Source: Halobacteriovoraceae bacterium (GTDB taxonomy: Bacteria > Bdellovibrionota > Bacteriovoracia > Bacteriovoracales > Bacteriovoracaceae). Taken from it: a DNA stretch of 64,000 nt. The notes below the pieces were generated by a model that worked only from the letters and a program-made list of their open reading frames with translations, was not told where the DNA came from and ran no database searches. Below, in pieces: positions 19,559-29,013 of the stretch. The DNA lies in the NCBI GenBank assembly GCA_963719505.1, contig CAVRCF010000005.1:1199643-1263642 (forward strand), given 5' to 3'. The translations under genes were made by a program, and so were the position numbers. Position 1 is the stretch's first letter; each line of letters starts with the position of its first letter.

Positions 19559-20608
19559 TTAATCACTTTCATCAAATCTGTTTTGTGGAACATAGTTTCT
19601 CGTTTCTGCTCCGATATCGTCATCTTCCTCATCGTCAGGAGAATCGAAATCATCCCCATCAAAATCGTCCGTCGCAATATTTAAATCGCTCAAGGCCTTA
19701 TAGAAATCTTTTTCATCATGAAGGTCATCTACTAGAGCTTCAATATATGAAACAGGATACTTCGCAATAAGCTCTTCAATAAACTCTTGAAGCTTTCCTT
19801 CTCTTAAGATCTCTCTTTTCTTTTTAATCTCATACCAATTAGAAATATAGTGAAGACGACAGTATTGTTGAGTTGATCGAATATTTTCGCAGCCTTTTTC
19901 AGCACACTCATCTGATCTATGATCGACAAAAAAGTCTAACGTTCCGATCGCATCAGCAATTTCTTCCCAAGAGAAGTTCTCTGAAAGATTTTGTATTTCA
20001 TCTTGAACTTTAGATTCAGCTTCTTTTATTTCTTTTTTAGGAGCTTTCTTAGCTGCAACAGCTTCGATCTCCACCTCTTCTTCTATAGGGTCAGCTTTCT
20101 TCACCTCTTGTGCAGATTCTTTTTTTGAAGCTTTTTTAGAAACTGCCTTTTTTGTCACTTTTTTCGCCGCCTTATTTGGTGTATTACTCTCGGCTTTTTT
20201 TGACGCTTTCTTTACTGTTTTCTTTGCAATTTTCTTGGAGGTTTTTTTTGCGACTTTTTTGGCCACTTTTTTAGCAACCTTCTTTTTAGCCACTTTCTTT
20301 TTCGCAACTTTTTTAGCTACTTTCTTGGCCGCTTTTTTGGCCGCTTTCTTAGCAACTTTTTTTGTCGTCTTTTTCTTCGCGACTTTTTTTGCAGCTTTTT
20401 TCGCAACTTTCTTTGTTGTTTTCTTTGCGGTTTTCTTTGCAGCTTTTTTCGCAACTTTCTTAGAAGCTTTCTTCGCTACTTTTTTCGTCGCCTTTTTCGC
20501 AACTTTTTTAGCCGCTTTTTTCGCAACTTTTTTTGTTGTTTTCTTTGCTACTTTTTTTGATGTCTTTTTAGTCGCTTTTTTAGCAACTTTTTTCTTGGCT
20601 TTAGCCAT
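19559..20608 (-). CDS. Histone H1-like Lys/Ala-repeat protein with C-terminal Cys/His motif and acidic tail
   Basis: Likely start MAKAKKK; long KKVA/KKAA/KKTT repeat tract; CAEKGC...YCRLH; D/E-rich end. Confidence 0.8.
   Translation of the reverse strand: MAKAKKKVAKKATKKTSKKVAKKTTKKVAKKAAKKVAKKATKKVAKKASKKVAKKAAKKTAKKTTKKVAKKAAKKVAKKKTTKKVAKKAAKKAAKKVAKKVAKKKVAKKKVAKKVAKKVAKKTSKKIAKKTVKKASKKAESNTPNKAAKKVTKKAVSKKASKKESAQEVKKADPIEEEVEIEAVAAKKAPKKEIKEAESKVQDEIQNLSENFSWEEIADAIGTLDFFVDHRSDECAEKGCENIRSTQQYCRLHYISNWYEIKKKREILREGKLQEFIEELIAKYPVSYIEALVDDLHDEKDFYKALSDLNIATDDFDGDDFDSPDDEEDDDIGAETRNYVPQNRFDESD
20225..20600 (-). repeat. Degenerate 12-nt coding tandem repeat (KKxx tetrapeptides)
   Basis: Recurrent GCAACTTTTTT/GCTTTTTT units on the + strand. 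Confidence 0.85.
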
Positions 20609-20688
20609 ATTTAATAACCCCTTGAGAATTCCCATAGACTGACAAAATTAGCACCTTTAGAGTGATATTGCCAAGTATTAGAAGTCTT

Positions 20689-21831
20689 TTATTGTACTTC
20701 TTTGAACTCACTCGCCGCGATAACTATTCTCTGAACTTCAGATGTCCCCTCATAGATCTCTGTTATTTTAGCATCTCTGAAATAACGCTCCACAGGATAC
20801 TCATTCGTGTAGCCGTTTCCACCAAGGACTTGGATCGCTTGAGTTGTAATCCACATCGCTGATTCTGCAGCGAAAAGTTTTGCGTGTGCGCTCTCTTTAG
20901 AATAAGGAAGACCTTTATCTTTTAAGGCACTTGAATGATAAATCAAAAGTCTAGAAGCTGCGATTTTCGTACTCATATCAGCAATTTTAAATTGAATCGC
21001 CTGAAGACTTGAAAGTGGATTACCAAACTGAACTCTCTCCGTCGCGTATCTTCTCGCGTATTCAAAAGCTCCTCTGGCAATTCCCAAAGCTTGAGAGGCA
21101 ATTCCAATTCTTCCACCATCCAAAGTGGCCATCGCAATCTTAAAACCTTTTTGCTCTTCCCAAAGAAGATTTTCTTTTGGAATTTTAATCTTATCAAAAG
21201 CCAGCGAGCAAGTTGAAGATCCCTTGATCCCCAGTTTGTCTTCTTCTTTAATAATAGAGAAGCCTTCGGAAGCAGTCTCTACGATGAAAGCACTTATGCC
21301 TCTATAATTTTCTGTTTTTTGAGTTTTAGCAAACACGATGGCAATGTCAGCTTCCTTTCCGTTGGTGATCCAGTTTTTTGTACCATTGAGCTCATAGTGA
21401 TCACCTTTATCTTCAGCAAAAGTTGTTAAAGATCCAGCATCACTGCCTGCATTTGGTTCAGATAAACAAAAGCAGCCAATATGTTCACCTGAGGCAAGTT
21501 TTGGCAGGTACTTTTTCTTTTGCTCTTCATTTCCAAAGTTCAAAATTGGCCACACACATAAAGATGTATGAGCAGAGACAAAAACCCCCGTTGATCCACA
21601 GTTTCGGGACAATTCCTCAACAATGATTGAGTAAGACGTGTAGTCCATTCCAGCGCCACCGTACTCTTCAGGAATATACGATCCTAATAGGCCATTCTCT
21701 CCAAGCTTTGCGATGAGCTCTTTTGGCATGGCAGCCTTTTTATCAATTCCATGGGCAAGAGGTCCAACTTCTGAATCGGAAAATCGAGCAACCATATCTC
21801 TAACTTCATTATAACTTTCATCTAAAATCAT
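20689..21831 (-). CDS. Acyl-CoA (butyryl-CoA-type) dehydrogenase
   Basis: FCLSEPNAGSD, GTKNWITN, RDAKITEIYEGTSEVQR. Confidence 0.93.
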   Translation of the reverse strand: MILDESYNEVRDMVARFSDSEVGPLAHGIDKKAAMPKELIAKLGENGLLGSYIPEEYGGAGMDYTSYSIIVEELSRNCGSTGVFVSAHTSLCVWPILNFGNEEQKKKYLPKLASGEHIGCFCLSEPNAGSDAGSLTTFAEDKGDHYELNGTKNWITNGKEADIAIVFAKTQKTENYRGISAFIVETASEGFSIIKEEDKLGIKGSSTCSLAFDKIKIPKENLLWEEQKGFKIAMATLDGGRIGIASQALGIARGAFEYARRYATERVQFGNPLSSLQAIQFKIADMSTKIAASRLLIYHSSALKDKGLPYSKESAHAKLFAAESAMWITTQAIQVLGGNGYTNEYPVERYFRDAKITEIYEGTSEVQRIVIAASEFKEVQ

Positions 21832-21845
21832 TTTTATGTCCTTCT

Positions 21846-22634
21846 CTATTCACCAGTAAAAACTGGTTTTCTTTTTTCTATAAAAGCTTTCGTTCCCTCT
21901 TTCATATCTTGGGATTCAAAGATCTTTCCAAACATTTCTCGCTCGACTTTTAGACCCTCTTCAAGGTTTATATCTACGCCCCTGTTTATCGTAAACTTTG
22001 CAACACCTACTGCATGAGGAGAATTTTTTGCTATTTTATTAATAAGTTTTTTACATTCATCAATCAGAACTTCTTTTGATTCGAAATTGGCGAGTGTCAA
22101 CCCTAGCCTTAAGGCTTCATCAGACTTGATCATTCTTCCGGTATAGATAATTTCCTTTGCTCTATTGCGACCAACTATTTTTGCCAATCTTTGAGTTCCA
22201 CCAAAACCGGGAATAAGACCAAGACTAACTTCAGGCAAACCAAAAACAGCTGAGTCTGTACTCAAAATAAAATCGCAAGCGAGGGCCATCTCACAACCGC
22301 CACCAAGGGCAAAACCATTGACCGCAGCAATAACAGGAAATCTTATTTCCTCAAACATAAAAGTTACTTGTTGACCTAAGTAAGCAAGATCAGCGGCTTC
22401 GTCTTCTCCAAGCTCAGACATCTCTTTTATGTCAGCTCCTGCAATAAAAGCTTTCTCCCCTTGACCGGTAAAGATAAGACCTTTGATATTCTCTTTGCAG
22501 TTCTCTTCTAGAAATTCTCTAAGCTCATTGAGAACTTCCATATTCAATGCGTTGAGTTTGTCCTCTCTGGTCAGTGTAAGAAAACCTATTCCATCTTCGA
22601 CTTTATAATCGATATATTTATATTCATTTTTCAT
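21846..22634 (-). CDS. crt: Enoyl-CoA hydratase (crotonase)
   Basis: AFIAGADI, ALGGGCE, GLPEVSLG, PGFGGTQRL. Confidence 0.88.
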   Translation of the reverse strand: MKNEYKYIDYKVEDGIGFLTLTREDKLNALNMEVLNELREFLEENCKENIKGLIFTGQGEKAFIAGADIKEMSELGEDEAADLAYLGQQVTFMFEEIRFPVIAAVNGFALGGGCEMALACDFILSTDSAVFGLPEVSLGLIPGFGGTQRLAKIVGRNRAKEIIYTGRMIKSDEALRLGLTLANFESKEVLIDECKKLINKIAKNSPHAVGVAKFTINRGVDINLEEGLKVEREMFGKIFESQDMKEGTKAFIEKRKPVFTGE

Positions 22635-23481
22635 AAGAATGAAATCCTCTTCCAGACTTTTTCCCGAGTCTTCCGGCTAAGACGTATTGTCTTAAAAGGG
22701 GGCATGGCCTATATTTTGTATCTCCAAGCCCTTCGTGAAGAACTTCCATAATGGCAAGACAGGTATCGAGTCCAATAAAATCAGCCAAAGTCAAAGGACC
22801 CATCGGCTGATTTGTTCCTAACTTCATTGCGGTATCGATATCTTGTGCACTGGCAATCCCTTCATGCAAAGTATAGACTGCTTCATTTATCATTGGCATC
22901 AAGATTCTATTGACGGCAAACCCTGGCATATCATTAGCTTTAACAAAGACCTTGCCCATCTTTACCGAGACATCTTCAACGGCTTTAAAGGTTTCGTCAC
23001 TCGTTTCTAATCCTCTAATACCTTCAACGAGTTTCATCACAGGTACTGGATTCATAAAGTGCATACCAGCTACTTTTTCAGCTCTACTAGTAACGGCTGC
23101 AATTTCAGTGATTGATATAGAGGAAGTATTGGTCGCGAGGATGGCATTTTTTTGAATCGCCTCATCCATAGACTTAAAAATTTCGAACTTTATTTTTTTA
23201 TTTTCGGTGGCTGCCTCAATGGCGAGATCAACTTCTTTCATATCTTTGATCGAAGTGATGCCCGTGATCCTTCCAAGAGTTTGATCAGCGACTTCTTGGG
23301 TCCACTTCTCTTTTGAAACTCCTCTATCTAGCTGTTTTTTAATAAAATCGAGCCCATAGTCTAGTGCATCCTGGCTAACATCAAAGAGGAAAACTTCATA
23401 ACCCGAAAAAGCTGCAACTTGCGCGATGCCTCTTCCCATTTGTCCAGCACCGACTACTCCAATCTTCTCTATTTCTGTCAT
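22624..23481 (-). CDS. hbd: 3-hydroxybutyryl-CoA dehydrogenase
   Basis: Start taken at MTEIEKIGVVGAGQMG; ATNTSS, GMHFMNP, PMGPLTLADFIGLD. Confidence 0.9.
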   Translation of the reverse strand: MTEIEKIGVVGAGQMGRGIAQVAAFSGYEVFLFDVSQDALDYGLDFIKKQLDRGVSKEKWTQEVADQTLGRITGITSIKDMKEVDLAIEAATENKKIKFEIFKSMDEAIQKNAILATNTSSISITEIAAVTSRAEKVAGMHFMNPVPVMKLVEGIRGLETSDETFKAVEDVSVKMGKVFVKANDMPGFAVNRILMPMINEAVYTLHEGIASAQDIDTAMKLGTNQPMGPLTLADFIGLDTCLAIMEVLHEGLGDTKYRPCPLLRQYVLAGRLGKKSGRGFHSYEK

Positions 23482-23679
23482 TTTCCAAGCTCCATCATAA
23501 AAGGATAAATATAATTTTTGACATAATATCCTAATAATAGGACAAATGGTCAATCGCATGGCATTGAAATCTGATATATGTCTAAAAAAAACCTTGCCAA
23601 GAGAAGGTTAATGTTTTAAAAAATGCGCTACGCAATTTAAATAAATAATAGAAGTTTTAAATATCTTAGGAGATTAAAC

Positions 23680-23940
23680 GTGGCAAACCATAAGTCGGCA
23701 AAGAAAAGAATCAGACAAAACGAAAAAAGAAGAGTTAATAATAAGTGGAAAGTTTCTCGTTTTAGAACAGAGTTAAAAAAGCTTAGAACTTTTATTGCTG
23801 AAGAAAATAAAGATGAAGCAGTTAAGCAATTTCCAATTGTTCAAACTCTTTTAGCTAAACTTGCAAAGTCTCCAATTATCAGAAAAGATACTGCTGCTAG
23901 AAAGACTTCAAGATTAGCTTCTCAAGTTTCTAAATTATAA
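23680..23940 (+). CDS. rpsT: 30S ribosomal protein S20
   Basis: MANHKSAKKRIRQ...AARKTSRL; AGGAG RBS, GTG start. Confidence 0.96.
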   Translation: MANHKSAKKRIRQNEKRRVNNKWKVSRFRTELKKLRTFIAEENKDEAVKQFPIVQTLLAKLAKSPIIRKDTAARKTSRLASQVSKL

Positions 23941-23960
23941 TTTAAATAATTTCATTTTAT

Positions 23961-23998
23961 AAAAAAAAAGCCTGGATTTAAGTCCAGGCTTTTTTTTT
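23961..23998. terminator. Bidirectional intrinsic terminator
   Basis: A9-GCCTGGA-TTTAAG-TCCAGGC-T9 between convergent genes. Confidence 0.9.
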
Positions 23999-24005
23999 GA
24001 TATTT

Positions 24006-25412
24006 TTACTTTCTTATTTCTGCTAGATCTTGAAGATCATTTAAATAACTTACGATACCAAAACCAAATCCTGTACCAATAAATCCTTTCGTTCTTTTCA
24101 ACCAGATGAAGTCAGGTCTCTCATAGCTTAACCAATATCCACCAGTAATATTTCCTTTCTTATCAAGGTTTAAATAGTACTCAAAGTCTTTGTGAGCAGC
24201 TCTATAGTTTGATGTTCCATTAGTTGGATTCCACCAAGCATAAAACTCTTCTTCAGGGTCCGACTGCTCCCAGAACATTCTTCCACCGTCATTTGCGTAA
24301 TCAAGTCTGGTTTGAACTTTTATTTGCTTAACTGTTTTCTTGTCAGCATTTAAAAATCCACTTGTTTTAGTCTCAACGACCTTAGAGCTGTAACCAATAA
24401 TAGGCTGATTCCAAACTTCATTATCTCTAACAACTTCTGCAATAAAACTTTCTTTATCGAGGTTAATTCTATTTGCTAAAGCGATATGAAATGCGCCAGG
24501 GTTTGTATCCACACACTCTGGTGGAAGTTCATGCGTAACGACCTGTCCATTAACCACATGCTTATAATACTCTTTCCCATTTACAAGAGACCATGCCTCT
24601 TTGGGAAATTCAACCTTACATCTTTCACCAATTCTATTAGTAGATGTTCTCTTTCTCGCAAAATAGTTACTTGTAATGGCAAAATGGTAGTAACTAAGAA
24701 GTGCTTTCAAATCACTAGAGCCAAAGTTTAGGGTTATTCCGTCTTTCTTTATAGTTGTCACTTTCGGCTCTTCAAATTCAATCGCAGCAGAAGCCCAACC
24801 ATTACAAATACCTTCCCAGTATTGATCATAAGGACCGGTTAACCTTAAAACATTTTTAGTTAGTTTAAAGTTTGAGTCTCTTCCAGTCTTTAAAGAGATA
24901 TAAATATCAAACTTCTCCGTAGGAGAAAGCTTATCGATATCAACTTGACTCATTTTTCTTACATCATCAAGGCTTTCAGGTCTCTTTACATTAAAGAAGT
25001 ATCTTTGGTGCTCAGCTCCCTTTTTGGACAATAGAGAATTAATTTCTGATTTCGCCTCAAGAATTCTTGATTCTGTCGATTGAATCATCATGGGACTAGG
25101 ATTTACTGCAGAAAATAAATCACCTTTTAAGGAGACAATTTCTTCTTTTAAAGCACCTACTTGGGCTTGGAGTTGTCTGACACTTGGAATGTCGCCGTAG
25201 AAATTGTTCCATCTAAAAGCTATTCCGCCATAAATATGTGGCCAAAAAGAAGAAGCCCATGGCGTGAGGTGGCTTTCAAGAGATCCTTCTAGTGCTAAAG
25301 AGCTCATCTTGTGATTATAGTGCTTACCAAAAAAGTCTGGATTATTACTTCCTTCAAATGCCTGAGCCACACCTGAAAGGGTAATAAGTCCTGCAATAAC
25401 TAGATTTTTCAT
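24006..25412 (-). CDS. Secreted transglutaminase-elicitor-family protein
   Basis: Signal peptide MKNLVIAG...AQA; PWASSFWP, LSPTEKFD, WEGICNGW, NPGAFH, EVWNQP, RPDFIW. Confidence 0.7.
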   Translation of the reverse strand: MKNLVIAGLITLSGVAQAFEGSNNPDFFGKHYNHKMSSLALEGSLESHLTPWASSFWPHIYGGIAFRWNNFYGDIPSVRQLQAQVGALKEEIVSLKGDLFSAVNPSPMMIQSTESRILEAKSEINSLLSKKGAEHQRYFFNVKRPESLDDVRKMSQVDIDKLSPTEKFDIYISLKTGRDSNFKLTKNVLRLTGPYDQYWEGICNGWASAAIEFEEPKVTTIKKDGITLNFGSSDLKALLSYYHFAITSNYFARKRTSTNRIGERCKVEFPKEAWSLVNGKEYYKHVVNGQVVTHELPPECVDTNPGAFHIALANRINLDKESFIAEVVRDNEVWNQPIIGYSSKVVETKTSGFLNADKKTVKQIKVQTRLDYANDGGRMFWEQSDPEEEFYAWWNPTNGTSNYRAAHKDFEYYLNLDKKGNITGGYWLSYERPDFIWLKRTKGFIGTGFGFGIVSYLNDLQDLAEIRK

Positions 25413-25559
25413 CCTCAAAGTCCTTTCCTTAAAATAATAATAGCCTCTTCTAACACGGAGTTTCATTTTTATCTATATCAATGACTTGTAGTGTAACTTT
25501 TTACAATCTCATAATTTCAAGCACTTAGCTTCTATCAGCAGAAAAGCCAACCTAATAGC

Positions 25560-25587
25560 TCAAGTAAACGCCAATTCTAGCCGATTA
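25560..25587 (+). promoter_or_regulatory. Sigma28-type promoter, probably giving a leaderless mRNA
   Basis: TCAAG-N15-GCCGATTA ending 6 nt before ATG 25594; no SD. Confidence 0.55.
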
Positions 25588-25593
25588 GTATTT

Positions 25594-27699
25594 ATGAAAA
25601 AATTTAAACTCTTACTTATTTTTATTTTTCCTCTTACGGTTCTATCCCAGCCGACAACTCTCTCTTCATTACAAAGTCAGATTGATGGGCTCGAGAATCA
25701 AAAAAATAGGAAGCTAAGTGAAACTCTAGCCTCCGAAGCCCAACTGGCCCAAGCGTCTGAACAGAGGCAAACAACTCTTGCTCGGGCTCTTGAAATTGGC
25801 GCCATTATTCCAACTTTGGACAAAAGGAAAATTGAAAAACTTAAAGAGATTTCCAAAGAAATAGAATCTGAGTTAGAAGCAACAAAAATTCCCCTTGAAG
25901 AACAAATTCGCATCACTCACTACAGGGATCAGAATAAGTATAGAGGCTATTTAAAGTGTCTAAGAAGAAACCTCGATAGTGGCAGTGATATCTTTAATAA
26001 AAAAATTGAAACGTGTCGGCCTCGACGGGCTCAAGACTTCACAGGTTCTGCCTCTTTCATGCAGAAACTTCAAAAAGCGAGTGAACTTTTATCGATAGAT
26101 GAACAAAAGCTACGAAGAGAATACAATACAGCAACTAATAAAGTGTCGAGCCTCGATTCAAAGATAAATTCTTTGAAACATCTCAGCTATGATTCTAGAA
26201 AAGAATTAGAGCAACTAGAACTTCAAATTGATGACTTACAAGTAAAATTTAAAAGAGAAGAATTCATGGCCATCAATAAGGATTTTTACAACTGTAATAG
26301 TAAAACACCAACGATTGATTTAGAAAATGAAACGCTTCACGCTCAAACGTCTAAAAAGGGGCCTTTTTATAATATTCCTAGAGATCACCAAGACGGTGTA
26401 GGGACGTGTTATGCCAACACAGCTAAAAACCTTCTTTTGGGGCTTTCTGATGGGAAAATGAACGCCTCATTTCTTGAGATGGCTTTGCAGTATAAAAGTA
26501 AATTCTCAAATGGACAAGCCTTCGACTTAGATGGAGGGCACTCGTGTGAAGTGTTAAAAATAGTAGAAGATATTGGCTACTGCCCCAAAGGCTTCTCCCC
26601 GATTGAAAGCGGAGACGAAACACAAAGAATAGGTGGGCTTTTTAAAGACAATACAAGTCTCTATGGCCATGCCCAAGTCATAGAGATGGTTAAACGTTTT
26701 ATGGATGGAAAAGCTTTACTAGAGAAAAATACAGATTCTTGTTCAATCAGTATGGTTAAGAATTCTAAAAAAATGATAGAAGCTATGAAAGCTGATGCCG
26801 ATATAAAACTTCCTTATCCAACAATCAATAATTTTGTCCTCGACAAAAATAAAATGCTTGGTTTTTACTTTTGGAGTTACAAAAATAAAGTGACAAATCC
26901 GATATCGGAAGAGGAATATTTAAACGACTACAATCGAGTTCAAAATGAATTTTCAAAGAGCTATCTCGAAGCGGCCATTGGAGAAGAATCCGAAGCAAAG
27001 TTACGCAAAAGGTTCGACGATACTTATGGTCAATTTTTTAGAAAATATGGTTTTGAAGACAAGCTCAAAGTACCTCATTTAGCTTCCAGACTCGACTCAT
27101 TTCTACGAAAAGGTTACGATCAAGACTTTAGAAAAGCGGCAATCAAAACAAGCATGTTTTACAAAGAGTTCTTCTCTGAAAGTAATGATACCGTCAACCT
27201 TTCTGATTCAACTTGCTTAAAAGATAATAGTCTTTTTACAACTTTTATTTCAGGTTTAAATGAAATTGCGAATATGTTTAGGGCCACTGGTGGTGATACA
27301 GACAAACTTTTTGATAATGAAGGAAACTTTATTTCGAGTCATGATCTTATGACTCTCGCTGTTGCACCAAAATGTTTAAACACTAGCAATAGGAAAAAAC
27401 TTGATCTTCCCTACCAGTGCAAACTTGTTACTACCAATCGAGCCTTAACAGTTGAAAGAGAAATTTCTAATAAAAGAGATCTTATTTTAACAAGCCTCCT
27501 TGAAGGGCTTCCTGTCGGGAACACCCACCCTCAGCCAGGAGGGTCCCATATTAATACTATTGTGGGATTCAGGTATAACTCTTCAATAGATAAATGTGAG
27601 TATAAAATCAGAGAGTCTCAATCAGCGACGTCATTTTGGACGAGTGAAAAAGATATCCTAAAAAACAATACCAACTTTACTTTCGTGGAGAAGAAATAA
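25594..27699 (+). CDS. Secreted coiled-coil protein with putative papain-like peptidase domain
   Basis: Signal peptide; RDHQDGVGTCYA; DGG; HINTIVG...YKIRES. Confidence 0.6.
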   Translation: MKKFKLLLIFIFPLTVLSQPTTLSSLQSQIDGLENQKNRKLSETLASEAQLAQASEQRQTTLARALEIGAIIPTLDKRKIEKLKEISKEIESELEATKIPLEEQIRITHYRDQNKYRGYLKCLRRNLDSGSDIFNKKIETCRPRRAQDFTGSASFMQKLQKASELLSIDEQKLRREYNTATNKVSSLDSKINSLKHLSYDSRKELEQLELQIDDLQVKFKREEFMAINKDFYNCNSKTPTIDLENETLHAQTSKKGPFYNIPRDHQDGVGTCYANTAKNLLLGLSDGKMNASFLEMALQYKSKFSNGQAFDLDGGHSCEVLKIVEDIGYCPKGFSPIESGDETQRIGGLFKDNTSLYGHAQVIEMVKRFMDGKALLEKNTDSCSISMVKNSKKMIEAMKADADIKLPYPTINNFVLDKNKMLGFYFWSYKNKVTNPISEEEYLNDYNRVQNEFSKSYLEAAIGEESEAKLRKRFDDTYGQFFRKYGFEDKLKVPHLASRLDSFLRKGYDQDFRKAAIKTSMFYKEFFSESNDTVNLSDSTCLKDNSLFTTFISGLNEIANMFRATGGDTDKLFDNEGNFISSHDLMTLAVAPKCLNTSNRKKLDLPYQCKLVTTNRALTVEREISNKRDLILTSLLEGLPVGNTHPQPGGSHINTIVGFRYNSSIDKCEYKIRESQSATSFWTSEKDILKNNTNFTFVEKK

Positions 27700-28055
27700 T
27701 GCGACTAACTCTTCTTCTTCTCCTCATATCCATAACAGTTAAAGCTGCTGATAGCCAGTTCAAGATAGCTGGGAAGTATTACGCCTTCATAAAAAAAGGA
27801 TCGCTCCTGGTGAGTGAGAATTGCAAAGATAAGTGTGTGGCTTTTGAGAAATCAAAGTCAATCAAGTCTAAAATAACACCCAAAAAGAAAGATTTTGCCA
27901 GTTCTATAGGGTCCTACGCGTGCACTGAAGTACTAGGAGGCCAGTCTCTTTTGGGTGTGAAAAAAAATAAAGATATGGTTGCCGTGTGCCTATTTAAGAA
28001 AGATTCTAGTATGGTCGATATAAATTCATTAACAGATTTTATTCAAGCCCTTTAG
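27699..28055 (+). CDS. Small secreted Cys-containing hypothetical protein
   Basis: Signal peptide, 4 Cys, TAATG stop/start overlap with the upstream gene. Confidence 0.7.
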   Translation: MRLTLLLLLISITVKAADSQFKIAGKYYAFIKKGSLLVSENCKDKCVAFEKSKSIKSKITPKKKDFASSIGSYACTEVLGGQSLLGVKKNKDMVAVCLFKKDSSMVDINSLTDFIQAL

Positions 28056-29013
28056 GAATTCTTTTATCCATCACCCTAAACCAAAGCTTTGGAATTAAAC
28101 TTAGTAGAATCATCCCAGGGTAGCCTGTCGGCATTTGAGGAGCATCATTTTGACTTTCTAAAGTCTGGTACTTCTTAGCGACCATGGCATGATGATCACT
28201 ATGCCTAGAAAGATTAAAAAGTATTCCCCTCCCCACTAGATGATTTGAATTCCAAGAGTGTAAAGGTGTCACTTTCTCATACCGACCGGAGGGATTTAGT
28301 TTTCGCTGGAGACCGTAATGCTCAATATAGTTCACGCATTCTAAGAGAAGGAATCCAAGCGTCGCGCTCAGAACAAAAGCGAGCATAACGTTGAAAGAGA
28401 ATGTAAAAAAGATCGTGGCACAAAGGAGGATTTGCAAAAAAATCCCAAGAAAAAGGTCCTCTTTATCGATTGTATAAGCAGACTTAAATGTTCCGTAAAT
28501 AGACTTTATTACAAATCGATAGAGACTCTCCCCCTTTGCTGCACTAGAAGGATCCTGTGGAGTTGATACATATTTGTGATGACCTTTATTGTGATCAATA
28601 AAAAATTGGTAATACAAAGAGGATATCAAGAGGGCTTTTGCCATCCATACTTCGTAAGTTTTAGACCGGTGTCCAAGTTCATGAGCAACATTAATACCGA
28701 TCACTCCGCAGTTAATCCCCATGCTCACAATGATTCCTGCCATTTCTAAGCTGGAATTTAAGTCTGACAGCCGCTGACAAAAAAGAAAAAGCAACATGTA
28801 CTGTATCGGAACTTGTAAATAAAGAAGAAGGTCATAATAGAAAATATCTTTTTGGTCAAAATCTTTGGAGGTGGTATCAAGGGCAACATCGAGAACCGGA
28901 ACAATGATGAAAGCAAAGACGACACAAGACCATGTCCCCAAGCCATCAGAGTAAAGTGAAATAAAAGTCGACAGCGGTATCAAAAAACCAAGAAGATAAA
29001 GACTAGAACCCAT
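28039..29013 (-). CDS. alkB: Alkane 1-monooxygenase (membrane di-iron hydroxylase)
   Basis: HELGH, DHNKGHH, NYIEHYG, RHSDHH, PQMPTGY; start taken at MGSSL. Confidence 0.88.
   Translation of the reverse strand: MGSSLYLLGFLIPLSTFISLYSDGLGTWSCVVFAFIIVPVLDVALDTTSKDFDQKDIFYYDLLLYLQVPIQYMLLFLFCQRLSDLNSSLEMAGIIVSMGINCGVIGINVAHELGHRSKTYEVWMAKALLISSLYYQFFIDHNKGHHKYVSTPQDPSSAAKGESLYRFVIKSIYGTFKSAYTIDKEDLFLGIFLQILLCATIFFTFSFNVMLAFVLSATLGFLLLECVNYIEHYGLQRKLNPSGRYEKVTPLHSWNSNHLVGRGILFNLSRHSDHHAMVAKKYQTLESQNDAPQMPTGYPGMILLSLIPKLWFRVMDKRIPKGLE

Noticed and set aside
20235-20642. Phe/Ala-rich 135-aa ORF that looks like a membrane protein
   Set aside because: Antisense reading of the Lys/Ala repeat gene.
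23482-23559. N-terminal extensions in the ORF track (hbd; likewise 25466, 29046, 34547, 38475, 48355, 62828)
   Set aside because: Downstream starts fit RBS position, signal peptides or family N-termini better.
25476-25526. IHF-like boxes (TATCAATGACTTG and a weaker copy)
   Set aside because: Plausible, but short AT-rich matches are common in this genome, so they were not called as features.
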